Shown one piece after another: positions 24,933-33,394 of a stretch of DNA of 64,000 nucleotides. Numbering within the stretch: position 1 is the stretch's first letter; the number at the start of each line of letters is the position of its first letter. The position numbers and the translations under genes were made by a program. Origin of the DNA: a bacterium (GTDB lineage Bacteria; Patescibacteriota; Minisyncoccia; Phycocordibacterales; Phycocordibacteraceae); contig JAJZTG010000002.1 of the NCBI GenBank assembly GCA_021849125.1, positions 12,573-76,572 on the forward strand, read 5' to 3'. Under the pieces are notes generated by a model. It saw only the letters and a program-made list of their open reading frames with translations. It searched no databases and had not been told where the DNA came from.

Positions 24933-25235
24933 TTATTGCGACGGGTCGTTGAACTTGTAGGTTCCTGAGACGTACTTTGCTTCTTCTGCCGCCCGCGCCT
25001 CGAAGACGGTACGCACGGAATCGAGCGATGCTTGCGTGAAAGATGGAGGGGTGCTGCTTGCGGCAGCACCGAGCGTGCCGCCGCTCGCAACCGTGTCAAA
25101 AACCCACGCGTTCCAGGTGACGATACCGATGATCGCGATGGTCGCGAGCGTCAGAAGCGCAATCCAATCCCGTGTAGGGTCGGTGAGCGCAAAAGCGCGC
25201 AGCTGATTCAAAAATGAAGTGATGGGATTTTTCAT
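24933..25235 (-). CDS. hypothetical single-TM protein, last gene of pilM-N-O operon (PilP-like position)
   Basis: Its start is 4 nt inside pilO, so the two are translationally coupled. One TM helix. Confidence 0.4.
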   Translation of the reverse strand: MKNPITSFLNQLRAFALTDPTRDWIALLTLATIAIIGIVTWNAWVFDTVASGGTLGAAASSTPPSFTQASLDSVRTVFEARAAEEAKYVSGTYKFNDPSQ

Positions 25236-25759
25236 GGTTTTTTCGTTGCGGTTGTGGCGAGCGAATCGACGACGAGGTTTACATCGGCATGCCAGGCATC
25301 TTTAGCGTCCTGTCCGATGGTGAGCGAAACTATCGAGATCGAGTAGGGGGCGTACTCTATAGCGCCTACGGTCCGCATGACCGCATCGAACGCACCCTTG
25401 AGCGTAAGCGTAAGCTGGAGCGTCGGATGCGCTTGGGTGCCGCCGGCTGATACGGAACGGACGCTCACTTCAGTATCCTGAGCTGCTCCCTGTGCTTCGA
25501 TCACCTTGATGAACGAAACGACATCGCCCTCCGACACGAAGTACCCTTGCACTTTCTTCTCGTCGTTTGCGACCTGCGCGAGCGATGCACGGGCGGCGGC
25601 AATACGACTCACGGTCTCGACAGTCGTCGTAATCTGGTCCTGCAGGTCAGCGACTTCGCGACTCTTATCCGCCACGGCAACATACCAAAACCCGTAGGCG
25701 ACCCCGAGAAGGAGGGTGAGCGAGAGAACGATAGCAAGATGGCTTAAGGGAGATTTCAT
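25232..25759 (-). CDS. pilO: type IV pilus assembly protein PilO-like
   Basis: N-terminal TM helix, a coiled coil and a C-terminal ferredoxin-like region. It sits downstream of pilN. Confidence 0.55.
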   Translation of the reverse strand: MKSPLSHLAIVLSLTLLLGVAYGFWYVAVADKSREVADLQDQITTTVETVSRIAAARASLAQVANDEKKVQGYFVSEGDVVSFIKVIEAQGAAQDTEVSVRSVSAGGTQAHPTLQLTLTLKGAFDAVMRTVGAIEYAPYSISIVSLTIGQDAKDAWHADVNLVVDSLATTATKKP

Positions 25760-26310
25760 GGTGCAAGGGTTATCGTGATCGAGAACGCGATATTCGTGTC
25801 TTTCGCGTATGCGGATACCGGCAGGTCGGCAGCGCTTACGAACGGTGCGCCTTGGAGCGTAAGCTGATACCCCCTGAGCGCATCTCGTGTCGCTGCCGTA
25901 CCTGATACGAGAAGTTTCCCTTGGTTTTGTCCTGACGCTGGCGTGTACACGAAGCTCGAGAGCGTTATGCCCGGACGCGGCAGCGCGAGCGTAGATCGCA
26001 TGATAGCGCTCACTGAAGGTTTCTTCGCGAGGGCGATGAGCGTTGTCGCGTTCCCCGAGAGCGTCGTAAGGCGCGCAGAAAGCGCGCGTTCATCAGCAGA
26101 AAAATATGAGGTCTTTACGCTAGCGAGATGTGCCTGCTTCGCTCTCTCGCTCCCTAGAAGGAACACGTAGGTCGGAAATAGGAGTGCGCCTGCTGTCACA
26201 AGGCTGAGGTTCATGAGCATAGCCGCGACGACTCCGAGCCGGAGACGATACTCGCGTTTCAGAAGATCTCGACGTGCAGCCGGAAGCAGGTTGGTGAGCT
26301 CGTTATTCAT
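25756..26310 (-). CDS. pilN: type IV pilus assembly protein PilN-like
   Basis: MNNELTNLLPAARRDLLKREYRLRLGVVAAML (a short cytoplasmic tail that binds PilM, then a TM helix). The start is the internal Met at 26308-26310. Confidence 0.55.
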   Translation of the reverse strand: MNNELTNLLPAARRDLLKREYRLRLGVVAAMLMNLSLVTAGALLFPTYVFLLGSERAKQAHLASVKTSYFSADERALSARLTTLSGNATTLIALAKKPSVSAIMRSTLALPRPGITLSSFVYTPASGQNQGKLLVSGTAATRDALRGYQLTLQGAPFVSAADLPVSAYAKDTNIAFSITITLAP

Positions 26311-27400
26311 AGGTAGCCATGCTGTCACGGAGCGCGAGACCGATCGCGGTCGCATACGCAAGCGATTCCGTGTAGTCGAGCGCTGGCACCCAGGTGTCTT
26401 TGGATGCCAAGTTCGCAAACACGTCCGCCGAGACGACCGGTATCTGGAGCGCGCCTTCGAGATACTCGGGGAGACCCCGGATCGAGGCGTTCCCTCCCGC
26501 AAGAAGCGCATGCGTTACGGGCTCATGTTCGCCGCCTGGTGTCGCTCGTTCTTGCCAGTAGTTCAAGTGCCGCAAGATCTCATCGCGGATGGCAGATACG
26601 GTAGAGAGCATCGCGGCAAGATACTCTTCGTTACCCGGCATCGGCACGATACCGCGTTCAGCCTTGACCTTGCGGGCCTCGTTCTCGGTTACGCCGAAAT
26701 ACTTCTGCACCGCGAGCGTGAGCGCGTGCCCGCCGATATCGATCGTCGTCGCGAAGCGCGGTATGCGACGCGTCACGATGGAAAGCTTCGTCGTGGTCTT
26801 CCCCACATCAATGAGAAGCGCTGTGGACTCGTCTCCTGGCGGAAGGAGCGCGCGCGAGGCGGCGAATGTCTCGCTTTCAAGAGCGCGAACGCTGATGTTC
26901 GCTTCGTCAAACACCGAGAGCGTGTCCTCGGTGATGCGTCGAGCGAAGCCGATGCCGGCGACTCGCGGTGCGCCGTCCTTGGTAGTACCTGTGGGGACGA
27001 AATCGAACACCGTCTCTGCTGGCGGGAGCGGTATGAACTCGTCGAGGTGCTGCTCGAGCTCGACCCGCTGCTCGGTTTTCGTCTTACCGACGACCGCCGT
27101 TTCAAACAGATACGATTTTGATTCGGGGAGTGCGACGTTCGCTGCTGATACGCCGACCGCCTCAGAAGCGCGGACAAGCGCCTCGACGACTGCAGCACGA
27201 TCCATGATCTCGCCGTCAGTAAAGGCCCCTGGAGGAAGACGGACCTCGATGTACTCGGCAAGAGTGAGCCCATGCATACCTTCTGCAAGACGCACTGCTT
27301 TCACGCCGCTGGTGGAGAGGTCGATACCGGCAAAAGGCAGCGCAAGATACCGAGGCGGCGCGAGAAGCGTACGCAGTCGTTCGTCAAACAGATGCGACAT
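26303..27400 (-). CDS. pilM: type IV pilus assembly protein PilM (actin-like ATPase fold)
   Basis: GIDLSTSGVKAVRL...LIDVGKTTTKLSIV...IDIGGHALT. Confidence 0.75.
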   Translation of the reverse strand: MSHLFDERLRTLLAPPRYLALPFAGIDLSTSGVKAVRLAEGMHGLTLAEYIEVRLPPGAFTDGEIMDRAAVVEALVRASEAVGVSAANVALPESKSYLFETAVVGKTKTEQRVELEQHLDEFIPLPPAETVFDFVPTGTTKDGAPRVAGIGFARRITEDTLSVFDEANISVRALESETFAASRALLPPGDESTALLIDVGKTTTKLSIVTRRIPRFATTIDIGGHALTLAVQKYFGVTENEARKVKAERGIVPMPGNEEYLAAMLSTVSAIRDEILRHLNYWQERATPGGEHEPVTHALLAGGNASIRGLPEYLEGALQIPVVSADVFANLASKDTWVPALDYTESLAYATAIGLALRDSMATYE

Positions 27401-27438
27401 ACCTATTCAGTATACCGCGTAGATCGTGTTTCTTTCGC

Positions 27439-27777
27439 TTAATGCGCACTTGTTCCAGACGGCACTTCCCTATCTGGGGTTAGGAATGCGAATGTCTCGT
27501 CTGAGCCGACCGCAAAAAGCATGCCGTTACTCTCTATACCCTTGATGACACGCGGTTCGAGATTCGTGACATAGGCGAGCTGCCGCCCGACGAGCGCTTC
27601 CGGTTCGGTATATGCAGCGATACCCGAAACGATCGTACGAGGACCGCCTTCTTCACCGAAATCAACCGTACATTTGATAAGCTTGTCGGTTTCCGGTACG
27701 CGCTCGGCAGCACGGACGGTACCGATGCTCACTTCGATCTTGCTGAATTCATCAATCGATATTTTCGGCTTATTCAT
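27439..27777 (-). CDS. tRNA-binding domain protein (CsaA/Trbp111-like, resembles the MetRS C-terminal domain)
   Basis: MNKPKISIDEFSKIEVSIGTVRAAERVPETDKLIKCTVDFGEEGGPRTIVSGIAAYTEPEALVGRQLAYVTNLEPRVIKGIESNGMLFAVG. Confidence 0.7.
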   Translation of the reverse strand: MNKPKISIDEFSKIEVSIGTVRAAERVPETDKLIKCTVDFGEEGGPRTIVSGIAAYTEPEALVGRQLAYVTNLEPRVIKGIESNGMLFAVGSDETFAFLTPDREVPSGTSAH

Positions 27778-28183
27778 GACGGGTGCGGGTAAGATAGCTG
27801 GTAAGGATGATCGCGGCTGCGGAAGCGTCGACCGGCTTGCGTGAACGAGGGCTGCGCGACTTGCCTTCTTTGGCAGGGCTTCGCCTCGCTTCCGCGCTCG
27901 TGAAGACTTCAGATTCGAAGTATACCGGAACACCCGTGCGTTCGGTAAGGAGCATTCCGAATGCGCGCGCATCTTCGGCAATCGGGTTTTCTTTGCCGGA
28001 AAGATCGCGTGACTCGCCTACGACGACCGCATGCACATTCTCTTTTGCGATAAGTGCTGCCACGTCGTCGATAAGTCGTGGCGTATTTGAAACGATCGCG
28101 TGCGGGAACCCCATCATGCCCGCTTCATCTGAAAGAGCGAGGCCGATCTTAGAGCTGCCGTAATCAATGCCTAGATAACGCAT
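27770..28183 (-). CDS. ruvX: Holliday junction resolvase-like protein YqgF/RuvX
   Basis: MRYLGIDYGSSKIGLALSD...VHAVVVGESRD. Confidence 0.8.
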   Translation of the reverse strand: MRYLGIDYGSSKIGLALSDEAGMMGFPHAIVSNTPRLIDDVAALIAKENVHAVVVGESRDLSGKENPIAEDARAFGMLLTERTGVPVYFESEVFTSAEARRSPAKEGKSRSPRSRKPVDASAAAIILTSYLTRTRHE

Positions 28184-28194
28184 GTGTATAGTCT

Positions 28195-28485
28195 ATGGTA
28201 CAGTATCCCGGTATGCATTACCTGTCTTCTTTCGCTCCGGTCACGTATCCGTCTGCAGGATTCGGCCTGTTCTTCCTTTTCCTCGCGGTTGCAACCGTCT
28301 GGACCCTTATCCTCAAAGGATTCGCTCTCTGGCACGCGGCACGCGGTAGCCAGAAATGGTGGTTTGTCGCCATCCTCCTCATCAATACGCTCGGTATCCT
28401 TGAGATCGTCTATCTTGTCTGGTTCCGTCCGGAAGCTTCATCAAAAAAGGAGGTTCCGGCGGAACATGTGTCCGAAGAAGCGTAG
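28195..28485 (+). CDS. small membrane protein (2 TM), hypothetical
   Basis: Hydrophobic segments LFFLFLAVATVWTLIL and WWFVAILLINTLGILEIVYLVWF. Confidence 0.4.
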   Translation: MVQYPGMHYLSSFAPVTYPSAGFGLFFLFLAVATVWTLILKGFALWHAARGSQKWWFVAILLINTLGILEIVYLVWFRPEASSKKEVPAEHVSEEA

Positions 28486-28495
28486 GGATTCTTTT

Positions 28496-28580
28496 GGAGG
28501 AGTCGCATAGTGGTCTAGTGCAGCGGTCTTGAAAACCGCCGTGTCGCAAGGCACCGTGGGTTCGAATCCCACCTCCTCCG
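28496..28580 (+). tRNA. tRNA-Ser (anticodon TGA)
   Basis: Acceptor stem GGAGGAG/CTCCTCC, anticodon loop CTTGAAA, long variable arm, T-loop TTCGAAT. Confidence 0.85.
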
Positions 28581-28623
28581 CATATCGAAACGTTCGTGCA
28601 TCTACGAGTGATATACTAAAAAC

Positions 28624-29097
28624 ATGCAGCGTACGCCGCTTCTTGAATGGGAGGGACGTGAATACGAACATCAGCCGAAAAGCGCTGATTGGTACTGGGC
28701 GCTTGGCATCGTCGGTGTCGCAAGCGCTGTCGCCGCGATACTGTTCGGTAATTTCCTTTTCGCCATCCTCATCCTCATCGCCGTAATCACGATCGCACTC
28801 CACGCCGCGAAAGAACCTCCGCTTCACCGCTTCCAGCTCTTGGAGACCGGCCTCATCATCGGTGAAGATTTCCACCCGTTCGAAGAGATGAACTCATTTG
28901 CGGTACTCGAGGATATCGATGGAAAACTTCCTCCGGTACTTTCGATAAAAACGGAAAAGTGGTATGCCCCGCACCTGGTTATCCCGCTTGATGGCGTTGA
29001 TGCTGAACTCATATACTCCTACTTCTTGCACCATGTAGATGAGGACGATCACAAGCCGACCTTCACCGACCTAGTGGCGGCTTGGCTCGGACTCTGA
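28624..29097 (+). CDS. hypothetical membrane protein (2 TM)
   Basis: Two hydrophobic helices (YWALGIVGVASAVAAILFGNFLFAILILIAVITIAL) followed by a soluble C-terminal domain. Confidence 0.4.
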   Translation: MQRTPLLEWEGREYEHQPKSADWYWALGIVGVASAVAAILFGNFLFAILILIAVITIALHAAKEPPLHRFQLLETGLIIGEDFHPFEEMNSFAVLEDIDGKLPPVLSIKTEKWYAPHLVIPLDGVDAELIYSYFLHHVDEDDHKPTFTDLVAAWLGL

Positions 29098-29139
29098 TAT
29101 ATAGTTAAGTACTGCTCTCGATCATGAGAGCTTGAAATT

Positions 29140-29214
29140 GCCCTCGTCGTTCAACGGATAGGACACCAGCTTGCGGAGCTGGCAATCAAGGTTCGATTCC
29201 TTGCGAGGGCACCA
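29140..29214 (+). tRNA. tRNA-Arg, anticodon read as GCG (unusual), CCA encoded
   Basis: Acceptor stem GCCCTCG/CGAGGGC. Anticodon stem CCAGC/GCTGG with loop TTGCGGA, which has G at position 37. Confidence 0.65.
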
Positions 29215-29217
29215 AAT

Positions 29218-29242
29218 GAAAAACCGCCGTACGGCGGTTTTT
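29218..29242. terminator. bidirectional terminator aaaaaccgccgtacggcggttttt
   Basis: Perfect palindrome flanked by A and T tracts. Confidence 0.65.
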
Positions 29243-29316
29243 CATTTGGTGGCTCGAGAGTACGTTTAGAAGGAGTATCTGCAGGCTTTAGAAAGAATGT
29301 AGTATCGTACGCATAC

Positions 29317-29388
29317 GCCCTCGTGGTTGAATGGATACAATACCTCCCTCCGAAGGAGGTGGTACAGGTTCGATTCCTGTCGAGGGCA
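29317..29388 (+). tRNA. tRNA-Arg (anticodon CCG)
   Basis: Same acceptor stem as the preceding tRNA-Arg. Anticodon stem CCTCC/GGAGG with loop CTCCGAA. Confidence 0.8.
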
Positions 29389-29394
29389 CTTCAA

Positions 29395-29428
29395 AAGAAA
29401 CACGCCGCTTCCGCGGCGTGTTTCTTTT
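29395..29428. terminator. bidirectional terminator aaagaaacacgccgc ttcc gcggcgtgtttcttt
   Basis: An 11-bp stem with flanking A and T tracts, located between tRNA-Arg and rpsT. Confidence 0.65.
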
Positions 29429-29430
29429 CG

Positions 29431-29697
29431 TTATGCCTTTGCCTTCTTGATAAGGCTCGCGAGGTGCGATTTCTTGCGATCTGCGGTATTGCCCTTCAGG
29501 ACACCGCGCTTCTTCGCCTTGTCGATCGCCTTGTAGGCTGCCGGGAGGAGCTTCTCTGCCCCTGCCACATCCTTCGCAGCAAGCGTTTTGGTGAGCGACT
29601 TGGTCGCGTCCTTGAGGGCGTTCTTGCGGCGCAGATTGAAGACGCGCTTCTTCTCCGAAGAGCGGATTGCTTTCTTTGCTGAGCTGGTTATTGCCAT
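29431..29697 (-). CDS. rpsT: 30S ribosomal protein S20
   Basis: MAITSSAKKAIRSSEKKRVFNLRRKNALK... Confidence 0.85.
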   Translation of the reverse strand: MAITSSAKKAIRSSEKKRVFNLRRKNALKDATKSLTKTLAAKDVAGAEKLLPAAYKAIDKAKKRGVLKGNTADRKKSHLASLIKKAKA

Positions 29698-29756
29698 AGG
29701 TACTGCCTACACTACTGTATGCGCCCGATGTACGCAAGAGTGGTAGGATACTAGTC

Positions 29757-30302
29757 ATGATCAGGCAGATCCGCGGAAACGTACTTTCGACAGGCCCTCT
29801 AAGCGCCATTATCGAGGTTGCAGGCTTCGGTATGGAAGTACGTATGAGCTCCCTTGAAACGCTTACGATCGGCAAAGAAGCCGCTCTTTTCACCTATCTT
29901 GCCGTGAAGCAGGACGGGATGGAGCTCTACGGCTTCCCGACAGCCGAGGATCGCGACTTCTTCGAGCTCATCCTCTCCGTCTCTGGCGTCGGTCCGAAGA
30001 CTGCGCAGAATGTGCTTCGCCGTGCCCCGCGCGAAGCGCTCGAAGGCGCTATCGGCCGAAAAGATCTCCCCTACCTCACCAAGGTCGTAGGGCTCGGAAA
30101 GAAGAGCGCTGAAAAGATGCTCGTTGAGCTTGCCGATAAAGTGGGGTCGTACGCGCATGACGCAGCCGACACGGAAGTGTTCGACACGCTTGTCGCGCTC
30201 GGTTATACAGAACGCGAAGCGCGCAAGGCTATCCAAGGACTACCTGAAGGTATTGCCGGTAAAGAAGCTCGTCTCAAGGCTGCGCTCTCAGCAAATCGCT
30301 AG
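29757..30302 (+). CDS. ruvA: Holliday junction DNA helicase RuvA
   Basis: MIRQIRG...IEVAGFGMEV...GFPTAEDRDFFELILSVSGVGPKTA (HhH motifs). Confidence 0.85.
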   Translation: MIRQIRGNVLSTGPLSAIIEVAGFGMEVRMSSLETLTIGKEAALFTYLAVKQDGMELYGFPTAEDRDFFELILSVSGVGPKTAQNVLRRAPREALEGAIGRKDLPYLTKVVGLGKKSAEKMLVELADKVGSYAHDAADTEVFDTLVALGYTEREARKAIQGLPEGIAGKEARLKAALSANR

Positions 30303-30304
30303 CC

Positions 30305-31582
30305 ATGTACGAACTCATCAACAAGGTCGTCCGCGTATTGAAAAAGGTCGTTCCTGAGCCGGTAGTAAGCTTCTTCCGTCCGCTCTACCATCGCGCCCTC
30401 GCGCTAGTCATGGCACTCTCGTACGGCTTCCCGGCAAAGAAGCTTGTCGTCATCGGCGTGACCGGCACCAAGGGAAAATCGACTGTCACCGAGATGCTCT
30501 TTTCGATCTTGCGCGCCGCTGGCTACAAGACCGCGCTCATCTCGACCATCCGTTTCGCTATCGAAGACGAATCTGAACCGAACCGCTATAAGATGACCCT
30601 CCAGGGTCGCGGTTTTGCGCAGGCTTTCATGAAGAAAGCGCTTGAGAAGGGCTGCACCCATCTCGTCATCGAGGTTACTTCCGAAAGCGTGCTGCAGTAC
30701 CGGCATTGGTTCCTTGACCTCAACGGACTCGTGGTTACGAATATTCAGCGCGAGCACATCGAGAGTCACGGCTCGTTCGAAAACTATGTCGCCGCGAAGC
30801 GGCGCATCGTCGATACGCTCGCGAAATCTACCAAACCTTTCCGCGTGCTGGTCGCAAACGAAGACGTGCCTGAGAGCCGCGCCTTTCTCTCGGCTCGCGT
30901 CCCTAAAGCGATCGGTTTCAGCGCTCACGAGCTTTCGCACGTCACAAGCGATGAGCGAAGCGTCTCGTTCGACTACGCAGATACGCGCTTCACCCTGCCG
31001 CTTGCAGGGACCTTTAATGCAATGAACGCGCTTGGCGCGATAAAGCTCGCCCACGCATTCGGCGTACCGCTTACAACCGCCGCCGAAGCACTCGCGCGCC
31101 TTTCTCCCGTACGTGGCCGCGTCGAACACATCGATGCAGGTCAGGACTTCCTCGCGATCGTCGATTACGCGCACACGCCGGACTCGCTCCAGGCACTTTA
31201 TGATGCGTTCAAGGATCGCCGGAAGATCTGCGTCCTTGGCAATACCGGTGGCGGGCGTGATACCTGGAAACGTCCGGAGATGGGGCGTATCGCTGACGAA
31301 GCATGTGAGACGGTCATCCTCACGAACGAAGATCCGTACGACGAAGACCCGCGTATGATCATCGACGCGATGGCGAAAGGTATGCATCGTACGCCAGAGA
31401 TCATGATGGACCGACGCGAAGCGATACGAGCCGCGCTACGCGCAGCTCGTCCAGGCGATGCTGTCCTCATTTCAGGCAAAGGAACCGACCCCTACATCAT
31501 GGGGCCAAAAGGTTCGAAGACTCCTTGGAGCGATGCTGAGGTCGCCCGGGAAGAACTCGGACTCCTTCTAGCAGAAAAGTGA
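30305..31582 (+). CDS. Mur ligase family protein (MurE/MurT-like central and C-terminal domains, no N-terminal domain)
   Basis: P-loop IGVTGTKGKSTVTEML and a C-terminal DYAHTPDSLQAL motif typical of Mur ligases. Confidence 0.55.
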   Translation: MYELINKVVRVLKKVVPEPVVSFFRPLYHRALALVMALSYGFPAKKLVVIGVTGTKGKSTVTEMLFSILRAAGYKTALISTIRFAIEDESEPNRYKMTLQGRGFAQAFMKKALEKGCTHLVIEVTSESVLQYRHWFLDLNGLVVTNIQREHIESHGSFENYVAAKRRIVDTLAKSTKPFRVLVANEDVPESRAFLSARVPKAIGFSAHELSHVTSDERSVSFDYADTRFTLPLAGTFNAMNALGAIKLAHAFGVPLTTAAEALARLSPVRGRVEHIDAGQDFLAIVDYAHTPDSLQALYDAFKDRRKICVLGNTGGGRDTWKRPEMGRIADEACETVILTNEDPYDEDPRMIIDAMAKGMHRTPEIMMDRREAIRAALRAARPGDAVLISGKGTDPYIMGPKGSKTPWSDAEVAREELGLLLAEK

Positions 31583-31595
31583 TACTATTGCAGAC

Positions 31596-32549
31596 ATGCA
31601 GCATGATGCATGGTTTTTCATAGGCGTCTTCGCCTTCATCTTCCTCATCTGGATCATTACCGGTGGTCCGGTTCACCCGCTCGCCTTCACCGGACCGAAG
31701 CTTGCCGCCCCTCAGGAACTTGGAGGCGGAACCTACCTCTCCCTTCCGCGCGCACCTTTCGGTGTCGGCGGTGCGAACGTCTCGCTTCCGGGCTCTTCAA
31801 GCGGCGGAGGTGCCGTAAGCGGTTCGCAAGCAAGCGTCCCCTCCCTTTATGGCGGAACCGCATTCGGCGAGGTATCGCCGTATCGCGGTGTCATCTCGAT
31901 GAACCATTATATTTCGAATGCCGGCACCTCGAACGTACAGAATGAATACATCGAACTGAGCGTCTCCTCAGGCGCATCCGTGCCTGTCGACCTCACCGGG
32001 TGGATGCTCGTGAGCGGTTTGAGCGGCAGCTCTGCCGCTATACCTCGCGGTACTGAGGTGCCCATTTCTGGAACCGTAAATGCGATCCAAGACATCGTGC
32101 TCAAGCCGGGAGATCGTGCATGGGTGATTTCCGGACGCTCCCCTATCGGAGCCTCATTCCGCGAAAATAAGTGCATCGGGTATTTCAGCAATTTTCAATC
32201 GTTCACCCCCTCGCTTCCGCAAAATTGCCCGGTCCCGATCGATGAACTTTCATCCTCTGTCGGTCCTACGTATATCCGCGACTCGGCTTGTGTCGATTAC
32301 GTCCAACCGCTCTCACGCTGCAAGGCGGTGCTTACTCCTCCGACGAACATCTCGGGCGCTTGCCAGAGCTTCGTGGTGAAATACCTCAATTACAACGGCT
32401 GCCTCGACGCTCATAAGGGCGATGCTGACTTTGCCGGTACGGCTTGGCATATCTATCTCGGAAGGACGACTCCTTTGTGGCAACAGCGACATGAGATCGT
32501 GAAGCTTCTTGATCCGAGTGGGAAGACCGTCGACGCCTTCAGCTACTAG
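31596..32549 (+). CDS. membrane-anchored protein with lamin-tail (LTD)-like domain
   Basis: N-terminal TM helix. NEYIELSVSSGASVPVDLTGWML resembles an LTD. The C-terminal region is Cys-rich. Confidence 0.45.
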   Translation: MQHDAWFFIGVFAFIFLIWIITGGPVHPLAFTGPKLAAPQELGGGTYLSLPRAPFGVGGANVSLPGSSSGGGAVSGSQASVPSLYGGTAFGEVSPYRGVISMNHYISNAGTSNVQNEYIELSVSSGASVPVDLTGWMLVSGLSGSSAAIPRGTEVPISGTVNAIQDIVLKPGDRAWVISGRSPIGASFRENKCIGYFSNFQSFTPSLPQNCPVPIDELSSSVGPTYIRDSACVDYVQPLSRCKAVLTPPTNISGACQSFVVKYLNYNGCLDAHKGDADFAGTAWHIYLGRTTPLWQQRHEIVKLLDPSGKTVDAFSY

Positions 32550-32584
32550 AAAAAAGACCGCGAACGCGGTAGTTTGTAAAGGAC

Positions 32585-32657
32585 GCGCCTATAGCTCAGT
32601 CGGTAGAGCAGCTCCCTTTTAAGGAGACGGTCGCAGGTTCGAGCCCTGCTAGGCGCA
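32585..32657 (+). tRNA. tRNA-Lys (anticodon TTT)
   Basis: GCGCCTATAGCTCAGTCGGTAGAGCA with anticodon loop CTTTTAA and T-loop TTCGAGC. Confidence 0.85.
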
Positions 32658-32662
32658 CCGAT

Positions 32663-33046
32663 ATGACTCGTGACGAGTTCAGCACGCTCACCGAAGAATG
32701 CTACGACCGGCTACCTGAATGGGTACGCACGAAGATCCAGAATGTCGCGATCCTCATAGAGGACGAGCCTTCCGAGGATATCCGCCGGGAGGAAAACCTC
32801 GGCCCGGATGAGACCCTGCTCGGTCTCTATCAGGGTACGCCGCTTACCGCACGAGGCTACGACGACAGCATGATACTTCCCGACACCATCACGCTCTACC
32901 GATTCCCTATCGAGGCCGCTGCCCAGGAAGATGGGAAAGACGCACGCGATGTCATCGCTGAGACCATCTGGCACGAATTCGCGCACCATTTCGGCATGGA
33001 CGAGGACATGGTCCGCGCACGCGAAGCTGAGCGTGATGCGCACTAA
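32663..33046 (+). CDS. zinicin-like metallopeptidase family protein (HExxH)
   Basis: WHEFAHHFG motif near the C-terminus. Confidence 0.5.
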   Translation: MTRDEFSTLTEECYDRLPEWVRTKIQNVAILIEDEPSEDIRREENLGPDETLLGLYQGTPLTARGYDDSMILPDTITLYRFPIEAAAQEDGKDARDVIAETIWHEFAHHFGMDEDMVRAREAERDAH

Positions 33047-33387
33047 TCTCCCGATTGCAGTTCCTTATTGTGTTTTGCCTTTATCTTCTCGATCTTCTTT
33101 CCAAGCGCTTCCATCACGTCAATATCCATCGTTTCTGCAAGCAGAAACGTCGTGATAACGACATCAGCAAACTCGTCAGCAAGGTCTTCTTCGGTGTGCC
33201 CGTTTGTTTTCCCGGATCGTTGATCGCCGAGCGTCATCAATACTTCATCCGCCAATTCTCCGAATTCCTCTGCGATTTTTGCCAAGCGCGTTAGTATGAC
33301 CTCCCTCTCCGTGAAGTCCTTATGTTTTGCCGTACGCAGAAAGACTTCTTGTTCTTTGATGAAATGCTCAAAATCTTTGAATTGCAT
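33043..33387 (-). CDS. MazG-like nucleotide pyrophosphohydrolase
   Basis: EEFGELADEV...EEDLADEFADVVITTFLLAE (EExxE/D motifs). ATG at 33385-33387. Confidence 0.6.
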   Translation of the reverse strand: MQFKDFEHFIKEQEVFLRTAKHKDFTEREVILTRLAKIAEEFGELADEVLMTLGDQRSGKTNGHTEEDLADEFADVVITTFLLAETMDIDVMEALGKKIEKIKAKHNKELQSGD

Positions 33388-33394
33388 GCCGTGA

